DNA of 64,000 bases from Coriobacteriaceae bacterium (lineage in GTDB: Bacteria > Actinomycetota > Coriobacteriia > Coriobacteriales > QAMH01), in contig JAJQAN010000019.1 in the NCBI GenBank assembly GCA_021203765.1, forward strand, positions 42,822 through 106,821, given 5' to 3'. The notes under the pieces were generated by a model. That model did not search any database. It saw only the letters and a list, made by a program, of their open reading frames with translations, and was not told where the DNA came from. Positions 53,033 through 60,727 of this stretch are shown one piece after another; the stretch's first letter is position 1, and every line of letters begins with the position of its first letter. Both the position numbers and the translations under genes were made by a program.

Positions 53033-54053
53033 GATGCCGATCAACATACAGGAGCTGTTCGAAACGGCGACGAACATCGGAGAAGAGCGCGAACTGCCTG
53101 TCTACCTCGACATCGTCGTCGATGCGACGGCAAGCGATGCGTTGATCGACACGGTCTTGGAAGCCTTTCCCGAAACGGGTGTCGATGTGTTCGTCGAGCG
53201 GATCGTGCTCGAGGATACGGTTCCCGAAATCCCGCTTCCTTGCGACCTGTGCGTCATCATCGCCGGGGAATCCCTGCTCTTGGGCAACGTCGCCCATGCC
53301 GCACGCCAGATGGGAATTCCGACGGTGCTGGCGATTTCGGAGGGCGAGACGTACTTCTCCGCGGAGCCTCCCTCGCTTCCCACCGTGTCTGGCAGAACGG
53401 ACAGGGAGGCCGCAGACGAGCAGGGCATCCCCGTCGGTGACATCGTCCTGGTCGATCTGCAGGACGAGCAGCCACGTCTCGATGCCCTCGCACAGTGGAT
53501 CATCAAGAACGCGCCGGCCAAGCGCCTCTCCCTGGCGGACGATTTTCCGTTTTTGCGCCACGCCCTGGCGATGGAGATGGTGCAGTCCACCTCCATTCAG
53601 AATGCGGCCGTCGGAGTGGTTTTCTTCGTGCCGGGCGCGGACATGCCGGTCATGACGCTCAACCAGGCGAAGATGGTTCTGCAGCTCGCGTCGATCTACG
53701 GCCAGGAGCTGGACAGGCGCCGTATCAAGGAAATCGCCGCCGTCGTGGCCGGGGCCTTCGGGCTGCGCACCGCCGCACGCCAGGTCAGCGGTCTGCTCCC
53801 TGCCTTCGGTTGGGCGGCCAAAGCCGCTATCGCCTATTCCGGGACGCTTGCCATGGGGCGCCTTGCCGCCGCCTATTTCGAAGACGGCGGCGTCGTGTCG
53901 GGACTAGAGGATGCGCTTTCCGGGGTCAGCGACAAGGCGACCGAGATCTACGAAAACCTACGGGAGCATCCCGAAGATTTCGAAGATCTGCAAGAAGACC
54001 TGGACCTCGATCCGGATACAGATATAGACGAAGATTCGGTGCTGCTGCCATGA
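53025..54053 (+). CDS. Hypothetical protein; C-terminal half resembles a DUF697-type domain
   Basis: Overlaps the rodA stop by 8 nt and is ATGA-coupled to the next gene. The segment VGVVFFVPGADMPVMTLNQAKMVLQLASIYGQELD is reminiscent of DUF697. Acidic C-terminus. The N-terminal half is unassigned. Confidence 0.55.
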   Translation: MPRMPINIQELFETATNIGEERELPVYLDIVVDATASDALIDTVLEAFPETGVDVFVERIVLEDTVPEIPLPCDLCVIIAGESLLLGNVAHAARQMGIPTVLAISEGETYFSAEPPSLPTVSGRTDREAADEQGIPVGDIVLVDLQDEQPRLDALAQWIIKNAPAKRLSLADDFPFLRHALAMEMVQSTSIQNAAVGVVFFVPGADMPVMTLNQAKMVLQLASIYGQELDRRRIKEIAAVVAGAFGLRTAARQVSGLLPAFGWAAKAAIAYSGTLAMGRLAAAYFEDGGVVSGLEDALSGVSDKATEIYENLREHPEDFEDLQEDLDLDPDTDIDEDSVLLP

Positions 54054-55939
54054 CCGATCTGTGGCCGCGCTACGCGCCGCTCATCTCGCGGGTCGCCAAG
54101 CCGTCACGCTATCTCGGACATGAACGCGGGGCGCTCGACCCCGCCTCCAAACCCGATGCGGACTACCATGCGGTGTTCATGTATCCCGATTCCTACGAGA
54201 TCGGGCAGACCAACCAGGCCATTGCCATCCTCTGCGACACGTTGAACTCCTCGGAGCAGATCCTGTGCGAGCGGGCCTATCTGCCCTGGGTCGACATGAT
54301 CGAGCTGATGCGCGAATATGATCTGCCGCTCGTCTCGCTCGAGTCCTATGCGCCGCTGAACGAGTTCGACTTCATCGGCATCACCCTGCCGCACGAGATG
54401 GCGGCCACCAACGTGCTCGAGGCCCTCGATCTGGCCCGCATACCTTTACATGCCGCCGAGCGGGGAGAGGACGATCCGCTCGTCTTCGGTGGCGGCCCCT
54501 GTGCCTACAACCCCGAACCGTTCGCCGCCTTCTTCGATGCCTTCTTCATCGGGGAGGGCGAGGAAGTCGATCTGGAGGCGGCGTTACGCCACCGTGAGCT
54601 GCGCGACGCCGGCGCAAGCCGTGCCGAGATCCTGCACGAGCTGGCACGAATCGACGGAGTCTATGTTCCGTCGTTGTACGAACCCTGCGATGGAGGGGTT
54701 GCGTCCGCCGGTGAAGGAGCAGGCCGGCTTTGTGTGCGGCCGGTCTCCGACGACGTTCCGCCGATCGTCTACAAGCGCCTGATGCGGGATTTCGACGCGA
54801 CCGATGCCCTCCCGACGCCGATCGTGCCCTATTCTGAGCTGGTGCATGACCGCCTGAGCATCGAAATCATGCGCGGCTGTGCGCGCGGCTGTCGCTTCTG
54901 CCAGGCCGGGATGATGTATCGGCCGGTGCGCGAACGCAGCCCCGAATCGATTGTCGAGGCGGCATTGCAGGGACTTGCCTGTACCGGTTACGACGAGGTG
55001 TCTTTGACCTCCCTTTCGAGCACCGACTATTCGTGTATCGCGGAGGTCCTACACGATCTGCAGGCTGCGACGAGTGGCACCGGCACCGGCATCTCGCTGC
55101 CGAGCCTGCGGGTGGACGCGTTCGGCGTGGAGCTGGCGCAGCTGGTGGCCGGCGAGCGCAAGGGAGGCCTGACGCTCGCGCCGGAGGCCGGGACCCAGCG
55201 TCTGCGTGACATCATCAACAAGGGTGTGACCGAAGACGACCTGATGGCTGCGGTCACCACGGCGTTTGAGGCGGGTTGGCGCAGGCTGAAGCTCTACTTC
55301 ATGATCGGCCTGCCGGGGGAGACCGACGAGGACGTGGCCGGTATCGGCGAGCTTTGCCGCCGAGTGTACGCGGCCGCCAAGGATGCGGTCCCCGACGAGC
55401 AGCGCGGCCACGTGCGGATGAGCGTGTCGACGGCGCTGTTCATCCCCAAACCCTGCACCCCGTTCCAGTGGGAGGGACAGATTCCCCAAGACGAGATCGA
55501 ACATCGTATCGAGGTCCTGCGCGACAGCATGCCGCGGCGGGGCGTCGACCTGCACTGGCACAGCCCCGAGGTCTCCTTCGTCGAGGCGGCTCTGGCACGC
55601 GGCGGGCGTGATTGCGCTTCGCTGATCGAGGCCGCCTGGCGACACGGCGCCCGCTTCGATGCTTGGACCGAGCAATTCGATTTCCAGGCTTGGCTCGATG
55701 CCGGTCAAGAGGTCGGGCTTTCGGTCTTCGACCTCGCGACCCATGAATTCGCCGATGACGAACCCCTGCCCTGGAGCCATATCTCCTGCGGGGTGAGCGA
55801 GCAGTTCTTACGGAGCGAGCGGGAGAAGGCGCGCCGTGGTGAGACGACCTCGGACTGCACGTTCGGCGCCTGCAGCGGCTGCGGCGCCTGTCAGACCCTG
55901 GCAGCTCAAAACGTCTTGCAGGGGGAGCGCCATGGCTGA
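54050..55939 (+). CDS. Radical SAM protein, B12-binding-like N-terminal domain (TIGR03960-like)
   Basis: ATG 54050 (ATGA overlap). MTDLWPRYAPLISRVAKPSRYLGHE. Radical SAM cluster motif IEIMRGCARGCRFCQAG. Confidence 0.85.
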   Translation: MTDLWPRYAPLISRVAKPSRYLGHERGALDPASKPDADYHAVFMYPDSYEIGQTNQAIAILCDTLNSSEQILCERAYLPWVDMIELMREYDLPLVSLESYAPLNEFDFIGITLPHEMAATNVLEALDLARIPLHAAERGEDDPLVFGGGPCAYNPEPFAAFFDAFFIGEGEEVDLEAALRHRELRDAGASRAEILHELARIDGVYVPSLYEPCDGGVASAGEGAGRLCVRPVSDDVPPIVYKRLMRDFDATDALPTPIVPYSELVHDRLSIEIMRGCARGCRFCQAGMMYRPVRERSPESIVEAALQGLACTGYDEVSLTSLSSTDYSCIAEVLHDLQAATSGTGTGISLPSLRVDAFGVELAQLVAGERKGGLTLAPEAGTQRLRDIINKGVTEDDLMAAVTTAFEAGWRRLKLYFMIGLPGETDEDVAGIGELCRRVYAAAKDAVPDEQRGHVRMSVSTALFIPKPCTPFQWEGQIPQDEIEHRIEVLRDSMPRRGVDLHWHSPEVSFVEAALARGGRDCASLIEAAWRHGARFDAWTEQFDFQAWLDAGQEVGLSVFDLATHEFADDEPLPWSHISCGVSEQFLRSEREKARRGETTSDCTFGACSGCGACQTLAAQNVLQGERHG

Positions 55940-56588
55940 AGGATTCCTTCTGCGCATACGCTACGTCAAGCGTGGCCGTCTCGTCTTCCTGTCACATCTG
56001 GAGACGGTGCGCAGCATGGAGCGCTGCATCCGGCGGGCGCGGCTGCCCTATGCGATCAGTGAAGGTTTCAACCCCCACATGAAGGTCGCCTTCGGCCCGG
56101 CTCTGCCGGTCGGGATCGGCTCGGAGATGGAGCTGCTCGACCTGCGCCTACGCGAATATCTGAATCCGGACGAGGCCATGCGTCGCCTGCAGGAGGCAGG
56201 CACCGACGACCTGCAGGTCACGGACTGCGCCTATATCTCGCTCGATGCGTCTTCGGTGACGGTCGCCTATCCGCTCTTCGACTGGGAGGCGCTGCTCGCC
56301 GATGCGGATGCCGGGACGGTGCGTGCGGCCTTCGACGCCCTGCTCGAGCGCGGTTACATCGAGGTCATACGCAAGAAGCAAATGCGCCGGGTCGACTTCG
56401 ACGGACGGCTGGTCGGGGACCTGCAGATCGAGCAGGAGGGAAGCGATGTCGCGCTGCGTTTTACAACCCGCAACCAGGCCAGCGGTGCGTTGCGCCCCGA
56501 CCGCTTCATCGCAGCCGCCTTCGCGGACTGCGCCGACGCGCCGTCTTTACGCTCCTGCACGCGCCTTGCCATGCGCGAGGAATCGTAG
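55932..56588 (+). CDS. Radical SAM-associated protein (TIGR03936 / DUF2344-like)
   Basis: ATG overlaps the previous stop. RIRYVKRGRLVFLSHLETVRSMERCIRRARLPYAISEGFNPHMKVAFGPALPVG. Confidence 0.8.
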   Translation: MAEGFLLRIRYVKRGRLVFLSHLETVRSMERCIRRARLPYAISEGFNPHMKVAFGPALPVGIGSEMELLDLRLREYLNPDEAMRRLQEAGTDDLQVTDCAYISLDASSVTVAYPLFDWEALLADADAGTVRAAFDALLERGYIEVIRKKQMRRVDFDGRLVGDLQIEQEGSDVALRFTTRNQASGALRPDRFIAAAFADCADAPSLRSCTRLAMREES

Positions 56589-56692
56589 GATTTTTCTTGC
56601 GCGGTACGCTGCTGTTCTGCTAATATGCTCGTTCGCGTCTGTTTTCGCTCGGGCGCAGGAGTTTTGTTTCATTGAGTGAAAGGCAAACCAGG

Positions 56693-57379
56693 ATGTATGC
56701 AATCGTCAAGACCGGCGGTAAGCAGTATACCGTCGAGCAGGGGGACGTCTTCGACGTCGAGAAGCTTCCCGGCAAACCCGGCGACAAGGTCAGCCTCGAT
56801 GTCCTGTTCCTGCACGACGGAGATACCGTCATCACCGATGCCGACAAGCTTGCCAAGACGAAGGTCACGGCAAAGATCGTCGAGCAACACCGCGGTGACA
56901 AGGTCATCGTTTTCAAATTCAAGCGTCGCAAGGGTTATCGGCGTCTGCGCGGGCATCGTCAGCAGTTGACCCGCATCGAAATCACCCAGATCGGCGACGG
57001 CACATCTTCGAGCAGCAAGCAGTCTTCCACGGCCAAGAAGGAGACGGCTGCAAAGCCGGCTGCCAAATCAAGTGCCAAGAAAGAGCCGGCCAAGACGGTG
57101 TCCAAATCGACGGCCAGCAAGCCGGCGGCGAAGAAGGAACCCGCGAAGACGGCTTCCAAGCCGGCGGCCAGCAAGACGACCGCCGCCAAAAAGGAGACGG
57201 CTTCCAAGCCGGCGGCCAAGGAAGAGCCGGCCAAGAAGCCGGCCGCCAAGACGGACAGCTCCGACGACCTCAGCAAGATGACGGTCGCCCAGCTCAAAGA
57301 CCTGGCCAAGGAAAAGGGCGTCAAGGTTCCCTCCAGCGCCCGCAAGGCCGACATCATCGATCTGCTCAAGAACGCGTAA
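56693..57379 (+). CDS. rplU: 50S ribosomal protein L21 with a ~125-aa Lys/Ala/Pro-rich extension ending in a Rho_N/SAP-like helix-extended-helix motif
   Basis: [18 protein letters not shown]...[21 protein letters not shown] core. The tail has AAKxxPAK repeats and a terminal [33 protein letters not shown]. Confidence 0.9.
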   Translation: MYAIVKTGGKQYTVEQGDVFDVEKLPGKPGDKVSLDVLFLHDGDTVITDADKLAKTKVTAKIVEQHRGDKVIVFKFKRRKGYRRLRGHRQQLTRIEITQIGDGTSSSSKQSSTAKKETAAKPAAKSSAKKEPAKTVSKSTASKPAAKKEPAKTASKPAASKTTAAKKETASKPAAKEEPAKKPAAKTDSSDDLSKMTVAQLKDLAKEKGVKVPSSARKADIIDLLKNA

Positions 57380-57401
57380 CGAACGGGGAGGCGCAGGGTA
57401 T

Positions 57402-57653
57402 ATGTCACACAAGAAAGGGCTCGGCTCAAGCCGCAACGGGCGCGACTCGCATTCCAAGCGCCTTGGCTGCAAGCGTTTTGCCGGCCAGCACGTCAACGAA
57501 GGCGAGATCCTCGTCCGTCAGCGGGGCACCCACTTCCATCCGGGCGAAAACGTCGGCCGCGGCAAGGATGACACGCTGTTCGCGAAGGCCGACGGTACCG
57601 TCAAGTACACCCACGGTGCCAAGCGTAAGGTACACGTCATCCCGACTGCCTGA
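57402..57653 (+). CDS. rpmA: 50S ribosomal protein L27 (no N-terminal propeptide)
   Basis: [22 protein letters not shown]...[14 protein letters not shown]. Confidence 0.95.
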   Translation: MSHKKGLGSSRNGRDSHSKRLGCKRFAGQHVNEGEILVRQRGTHFHPGENVGRGKDDTLFAKADGTVKYTHGAKRKVHVIPTA

Positions 57654-57679
57654 GCGGCAGCGGACCACATGGCTTGAAG

Positions 57680-57710
57680 AGGGGCTCCCTGGGGGGAGCC
57701 CTTTTTGTTT
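57680..57710 (+). terminator. Rho-independent terminator after rpmA
   Basis: AGGGGCTCCC (57680-57689) pairs with GGGAGCCCTT (57694-57703), followed by TTTTTGTTT. Confidence 0.75.
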
Positions 57711-57773
57711 GTCCTGCAATCCCCGTTATAATTGCCGAAAGGCAAGACGGGCGGCATCGGAGATGCATCTGGC

Positions 57774-58280
57774 ATGGCAACGACGCAGAAAATAATCTGG
57801 CTCGGCCGCGGAGGGCAGGGTGCCTTCAGCGCCGCCAAGCTGCTCGGCGCCGCCTATGCCCTGGGCGCTCCGGACCACCACGCGCTGGCGTTTCCGTCCT
57901 TCGGACCGGAGCGTCGCGGCGCCCCGGTGCGCGCCTACACGAAGCTTTCCGACGCCCCCATCAACGATCGCAGCAGTATCGTGCAGGCGGACTTCGTCGT
58001 CTGTCTGGACGAGACCCTCAACGATGCGGGCGTCGCCGACCTGCTCAAGCCGGAAGGGGAGTTCCTGCTTGTCAACGAGCGGATCACCGATCTGGCACGC
58101 GAGGTCCTGGGGCGCGAAATCGTCAACACGGCCCTGCTCGCCCTGCTCGCCACCCGCCTGACCTCGTTGGACTGCTCGGATCTCGAGCGGGGCATCGAGG
58201 CGACCATGAACGAGCGCATCCGTCCCAAAAACATCGAGTTGGTACGCCGTGTCTTCGCCCAGAAGGACGAGCTGCTGTGA
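57774..58280 (+). CDS. porC: 2-oxoacid:ferredoxin oxidoreductase, gamma subunit
   Basis: ATG 57774. KIIWLGRGGQGAFSAAKLLG...FPSFGPERRGAPV. Confidence 0.85.
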   Translation: MATTQKIIWLGRGGQGAFSAAKLLGAAYALGAPDHHALAFPSFGPERRGAPVRAYTKLSDAPINDRSSIVQADFVVCLDETLNDAGVADLLKPEGEFLLVNERITDLAREVLGREIVNTALLALLATRLTSLDCSDLERGIEATMNERIRPKNIELVRRVFAQKDELL

Positions 58281-58591
58281 AGCCGTACATCCGTGAACAG
58301 AAAACCTTCGATCAGGAGACTTGCCCGCAGTTTCCGACCTTCGAGGCGGGGTATCTGGTCGGCGGCAACGGGGACTGGCGCAGCTATCGGCCGGTCCTTG
58401 ATACCGAGGCCTGCGTGGGCTGTCTGAACTGTTATCTGTACTGTCCCGACGGGGCGATCGCCCCTGACGAGGCGGCCGAGGTCGGATCCCGCGGAGCCGT
58501 TTTAATTGACTACGACTTCTGCAAGGGCTGCGGCATCTGCGCGAAGCAGTGCAAGGTCGGGGCGCTGACGATGGAGGAGGAGCCGCGATGA
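58277..58591 (+). CDS. porD: 2-oxoacid:ferredoxin oxidoreductase, delta (2x[4Fe-4S] ferredoxin) subunit
   Basis: GTGA overlap with the gamma subunit stop. CVGCLNCYLYCP and CKGCGICAKQC. Confidence 0.85.
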   Translation: MKPYIREQKTFDQETCPQFPTFEAGYLVGGNGDWRSYRPVLDTEACVGCLNCYLYCPDGAIAPDEAAEVGSRGAVLIDYDFCKGCGICAKQCKVGALTMEEEPR

Positions 58592-59748
58592 GCACGGAAT
58601 TCCTCTCCGGGGACGAGGCCTTCGCAGAAGGGGTACGCCTTGCCCGTCCTGACGTCATCAGCGCCTATCCCATCACCCCGCAGACCGTCGTCGTCGAGCG
58701 CCTGAGCGAGATGGTTGCCGACGGCTCGCTCGATGCGACCTACCTGCACGTCGAATCGGAGCATTCGGCGCTGTCGGCGGCGATCGGTGCCAGCACGACG
58801 GGTGTGCGCACCTTTACCGCGACCTCATCGCAGGGGCTGCTCTACATGGCGGAAGGCCTGACCTATGCCTCCGGCGGTGGCTTTCCCATCGTCATGATGA
58901 ACGCGAACCGTTCCACGGCGCTGCCGTGGAACATCTACGGCGACCAGCGCGATGCGCTCTCGCTTCTCGACCACGGCTGGATACAGGCCTATGCCGTCGA
59001 TGCCCAGGAGGCGCTCGATCTCGCCCTGATGGCCTACCGCATCGCCGAGGACGAACGCGTCATGACGCCATTCATGGTGAATCTCGACGGCTTCGCGCTC
59101 ACCCATACTTACGAGACGGTCGAGGTGCCGACACAGGAGGATGCCGACCGCTTCCTGCCGCCGTACCAGACCACCAACCGCTTCGATCTCGAGCATCCGG
59201 TCAGCATCGGCTTTTCGGCCGGGCCGGACACCAACGACATCTTCAAATACCGCGAACACGAGCGCATGATGCAGGTCTTCGACGTCCTGCCGCAGGCCGA
59301 AGAGGAGTTCGCGGAGGTCTTCGGGCGCCGGTATCCGGGGGTCGTGGACCCGTACCGCTGCGACGATGCCGAGTTCGTCATCATCACGCTCGGCACGGTG
59401 GCCGGGCTCGTTCATGACGTGGTCGACCGGTTGCGGGAAGCCGGTACCAAGGTGGGGTGTCTGCGCCTGCGCTATCTGCGGCCGTTTCCCACAGAGGCGC
59501 TGGTGGAGGCCCTTGATGATGCCAAGGCCGTCGCGGTGCTGGAAAAGGACATCTCCTTCGGGCACACGGGCACGGTCTTCGCCGATGTCAGCACTGCGTT
59601 GCAAGGTGCACATCTCGACCTGGAGGCCTACAACTTCATCGGTGGCCTGGGCGGACGCGACATCAACGCGGCAGACATCGAGACGATTTTTACGACCCTG
59701 CAAAGGGGCGATACGGATACGCTTCACTTTCTCGGGATGGGGGCGTAG
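58588..59748 (+). CDS. porA: 2-oxoacid:ferredoxin oxidoreductase, alpha subunit
   Basis: ATGA overlap. GGAGGAGGAG upstream. LSGDEAFAEGVRLARPDVISAYPITPQT...ESEHSALSAAIGAS. Confidence 0.9.
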   Translation: MSTEFLSGDEAFAEGVRLARPDVISAYPITPQTVVVERLSEMVADGSLDATYLHVESEHSALSAAIGASTTGVRTFTATSSQGLLYMAEGLTYASGGGFPIVMMNANRSTALPWNIYGDQRDALSLLDHGWIQAYAVDAQEALDLALMAYRIAEDERVMTPFMVNLDGFALTHTYETVEVPTQEDADRFLPPYQTTNRFDLEHPVSIGFSAGPDTNDIFKYREHERMMQVFDVLPQAEEEFAEVFGRRYPGVVDPYRCDDAEFVIITLGTVAGLVHDVVDRLREAGTKVGCLRLRYLRPFPTEALVEALDDAKAVAVLEKDISFGHTGTVFADVSTALQGAHLDLEAYNFIGGLGGRDINAADIETIFTTLQRGDTDTLHFLGMGA

Positions 59749-59751
59749 GAC

Positions 59752-60645
59752 ATGGCACGGGCACTCGATCTGATGAGCGAAGACGAGCCGTTTTACGGGC
59801 ACAAGGCCTGTGCCGGCTGCGGTGCCAGCCTCGCCGTGCGCACGGCCCTCAAGGTGCTGGGGGATCGCGCCATCGCCATCCTGCCGGCCGGCTGTATGAG
59901 CGCCGTCGGCTTCAATTTCCCGCAGCTCGCCTTCGGAACCAACGCGATGATATCGATGTTCGGCGGCACGGCGTCGCTGATGAGCGGGGTGGCTGCCGGC
60001 ATGGAGCGTCTTGGTGAGGATGCCTGCGTGGTCGGCTTCGCCGGTGACGGCGGCACGGCGGACATCGGCATCCAGGCGCTTTCCGGGGCGATCGACCGGG
60101 GCGATGACGTCCTCTACATCTGCTACGACAACGAGGCCTACATGAACACCGGCATCCAGAAGAGTTCGCTCACGCCGTATGGTGCGGTGACGACCACGAC
60201 GCCGATCGATGCCGAAGGCAAAGCCACGCGCACCCAGAAGAAGGACATGCTGCAGATCGTGGCGGCCATGGGCGTCCCCTATGCGGCCACGGCGAGCATC
60301 GGCTATCTGGACGACTTTGCGACCAAGGTCGAGCGGGCAAGCCACATACGGGGGCCGCGCTACCTGCATGTGCTGGCCCCGTGTCCGACCGGCTGGGGGA
60401 CCGAGACCGATGTGACGGTCGAGCTTGCCAAAGAGGCGGTCGACTGCGGTCTGTGGTATCTGGCCGAGGTCGTCGATGACACCTGGAGCATCAGCCGCAG
60501 GCCGAAGGAGTTCTCCGACATCCGAACCTATCTCGGTGCACAGTCCCGCTTCTCACATCTGCAGGAGACGGACTTCGTCCTCCTCGAGGAGCACCGCGAC
60601 CACCTGTGGGAACAGCTCGAAGGGCATGCACAGGACGCCTGTTGA
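59752..60645 (+). CDS. porB: 2-oxoacid:ferredoxin oxidoreductase, beta (TPP-binding) subunit
   Basis: GHKACAGCGASLAVR, FAGDGGTADIGIQALSGA, YDNEAYMNTGIQKSS. Confidence 0.9.
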   Translation: MARALDLMSEDEPFYGHKACAGCGASLAVRTALKVLGDRAIAILPAGCMSAVGFNFPQLAFGTNAMISMFGGTASLMSGVAAGMERLGEDACVVGFAGDGGTADIGIQALSGAIDRGDDVLYICYDNEAYMNTGIQKSSLTPYGAVTTTTPIDAEGKATRTQKKDMLQIVAAMGVPYAATASIGYLDDFATKVERASHIRGPRYLHVLAPCPTGWGTETDVTVELAKEAVDCGLWYLAEVVDDTWSISRRPKEFSDIRTYLGAQSRFSHLQETDFVLLEEHRDHLWEQLEGHAQDAC

Positions 60646-60689
60646 TTTACTGCGCTTTCGCCGCGTCGGCTGCACCTGATTTTCCTCTT

Positions 60690-60698
60690 TGCTAGAAT
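60690..60698 (+). promoter_or_regulatory. Extended -10 element TGcTAGAAT upstream of glmS
   Basis: TGCTAGAAT at 60690-60698, 30 nt upstream of the glmS ATG. Confidence 0.35.
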
Positions 60699-60727
60699 CG
60701 AAGCCCGCAACGTGCAAGGAGGGTTCC

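Noticed and set aside
53495-54049. 5' extension of the radical SAM ORF (814-aa version)
   Set aside because: The extension is out-of-frame overlap with the preceding gene and translates to Arg/Gly/Pro-rich sequence. The family N-terminus MTDLWPRY starts at ATG 54050 in an ATGA overlap.
57674-58276. 5' extension of the ferredoxin (delta) subunit ORF (305-aa version)
   Set aside because: It overlaps the gamma subunit gene in another frame. The delta subunit starts at the GTG in the GTGA overlap at 58277.
58825-60369. 514-aa antisense ORF opposite porA/porB. Similar long antisense or alternate-frame ORFs occur at 60692..62122, 6813..8165, 1313..2590, 2799..4001, 18549..19823, 30673..31947, 10084..11316, 35437..36429 and 36754..37746.
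   Set aside because: These are typical high-G+C shadow ORFs. Their translations are Arg/Gly/Asp/Ala/Val-rich low-complexity sequence without motifs. The opposite strand encodes proteins with unmistakable family signatures and proper GC3 bias.
60646-60727. glmS ribozyme upstream of glmS
   Set aside because: Only about 80 nt separate porB from glmS, and they contain a promoter-like TGcTAGAAT. That is far too short for the ~170-nt ribozyme, and no conserved core was recognisable.
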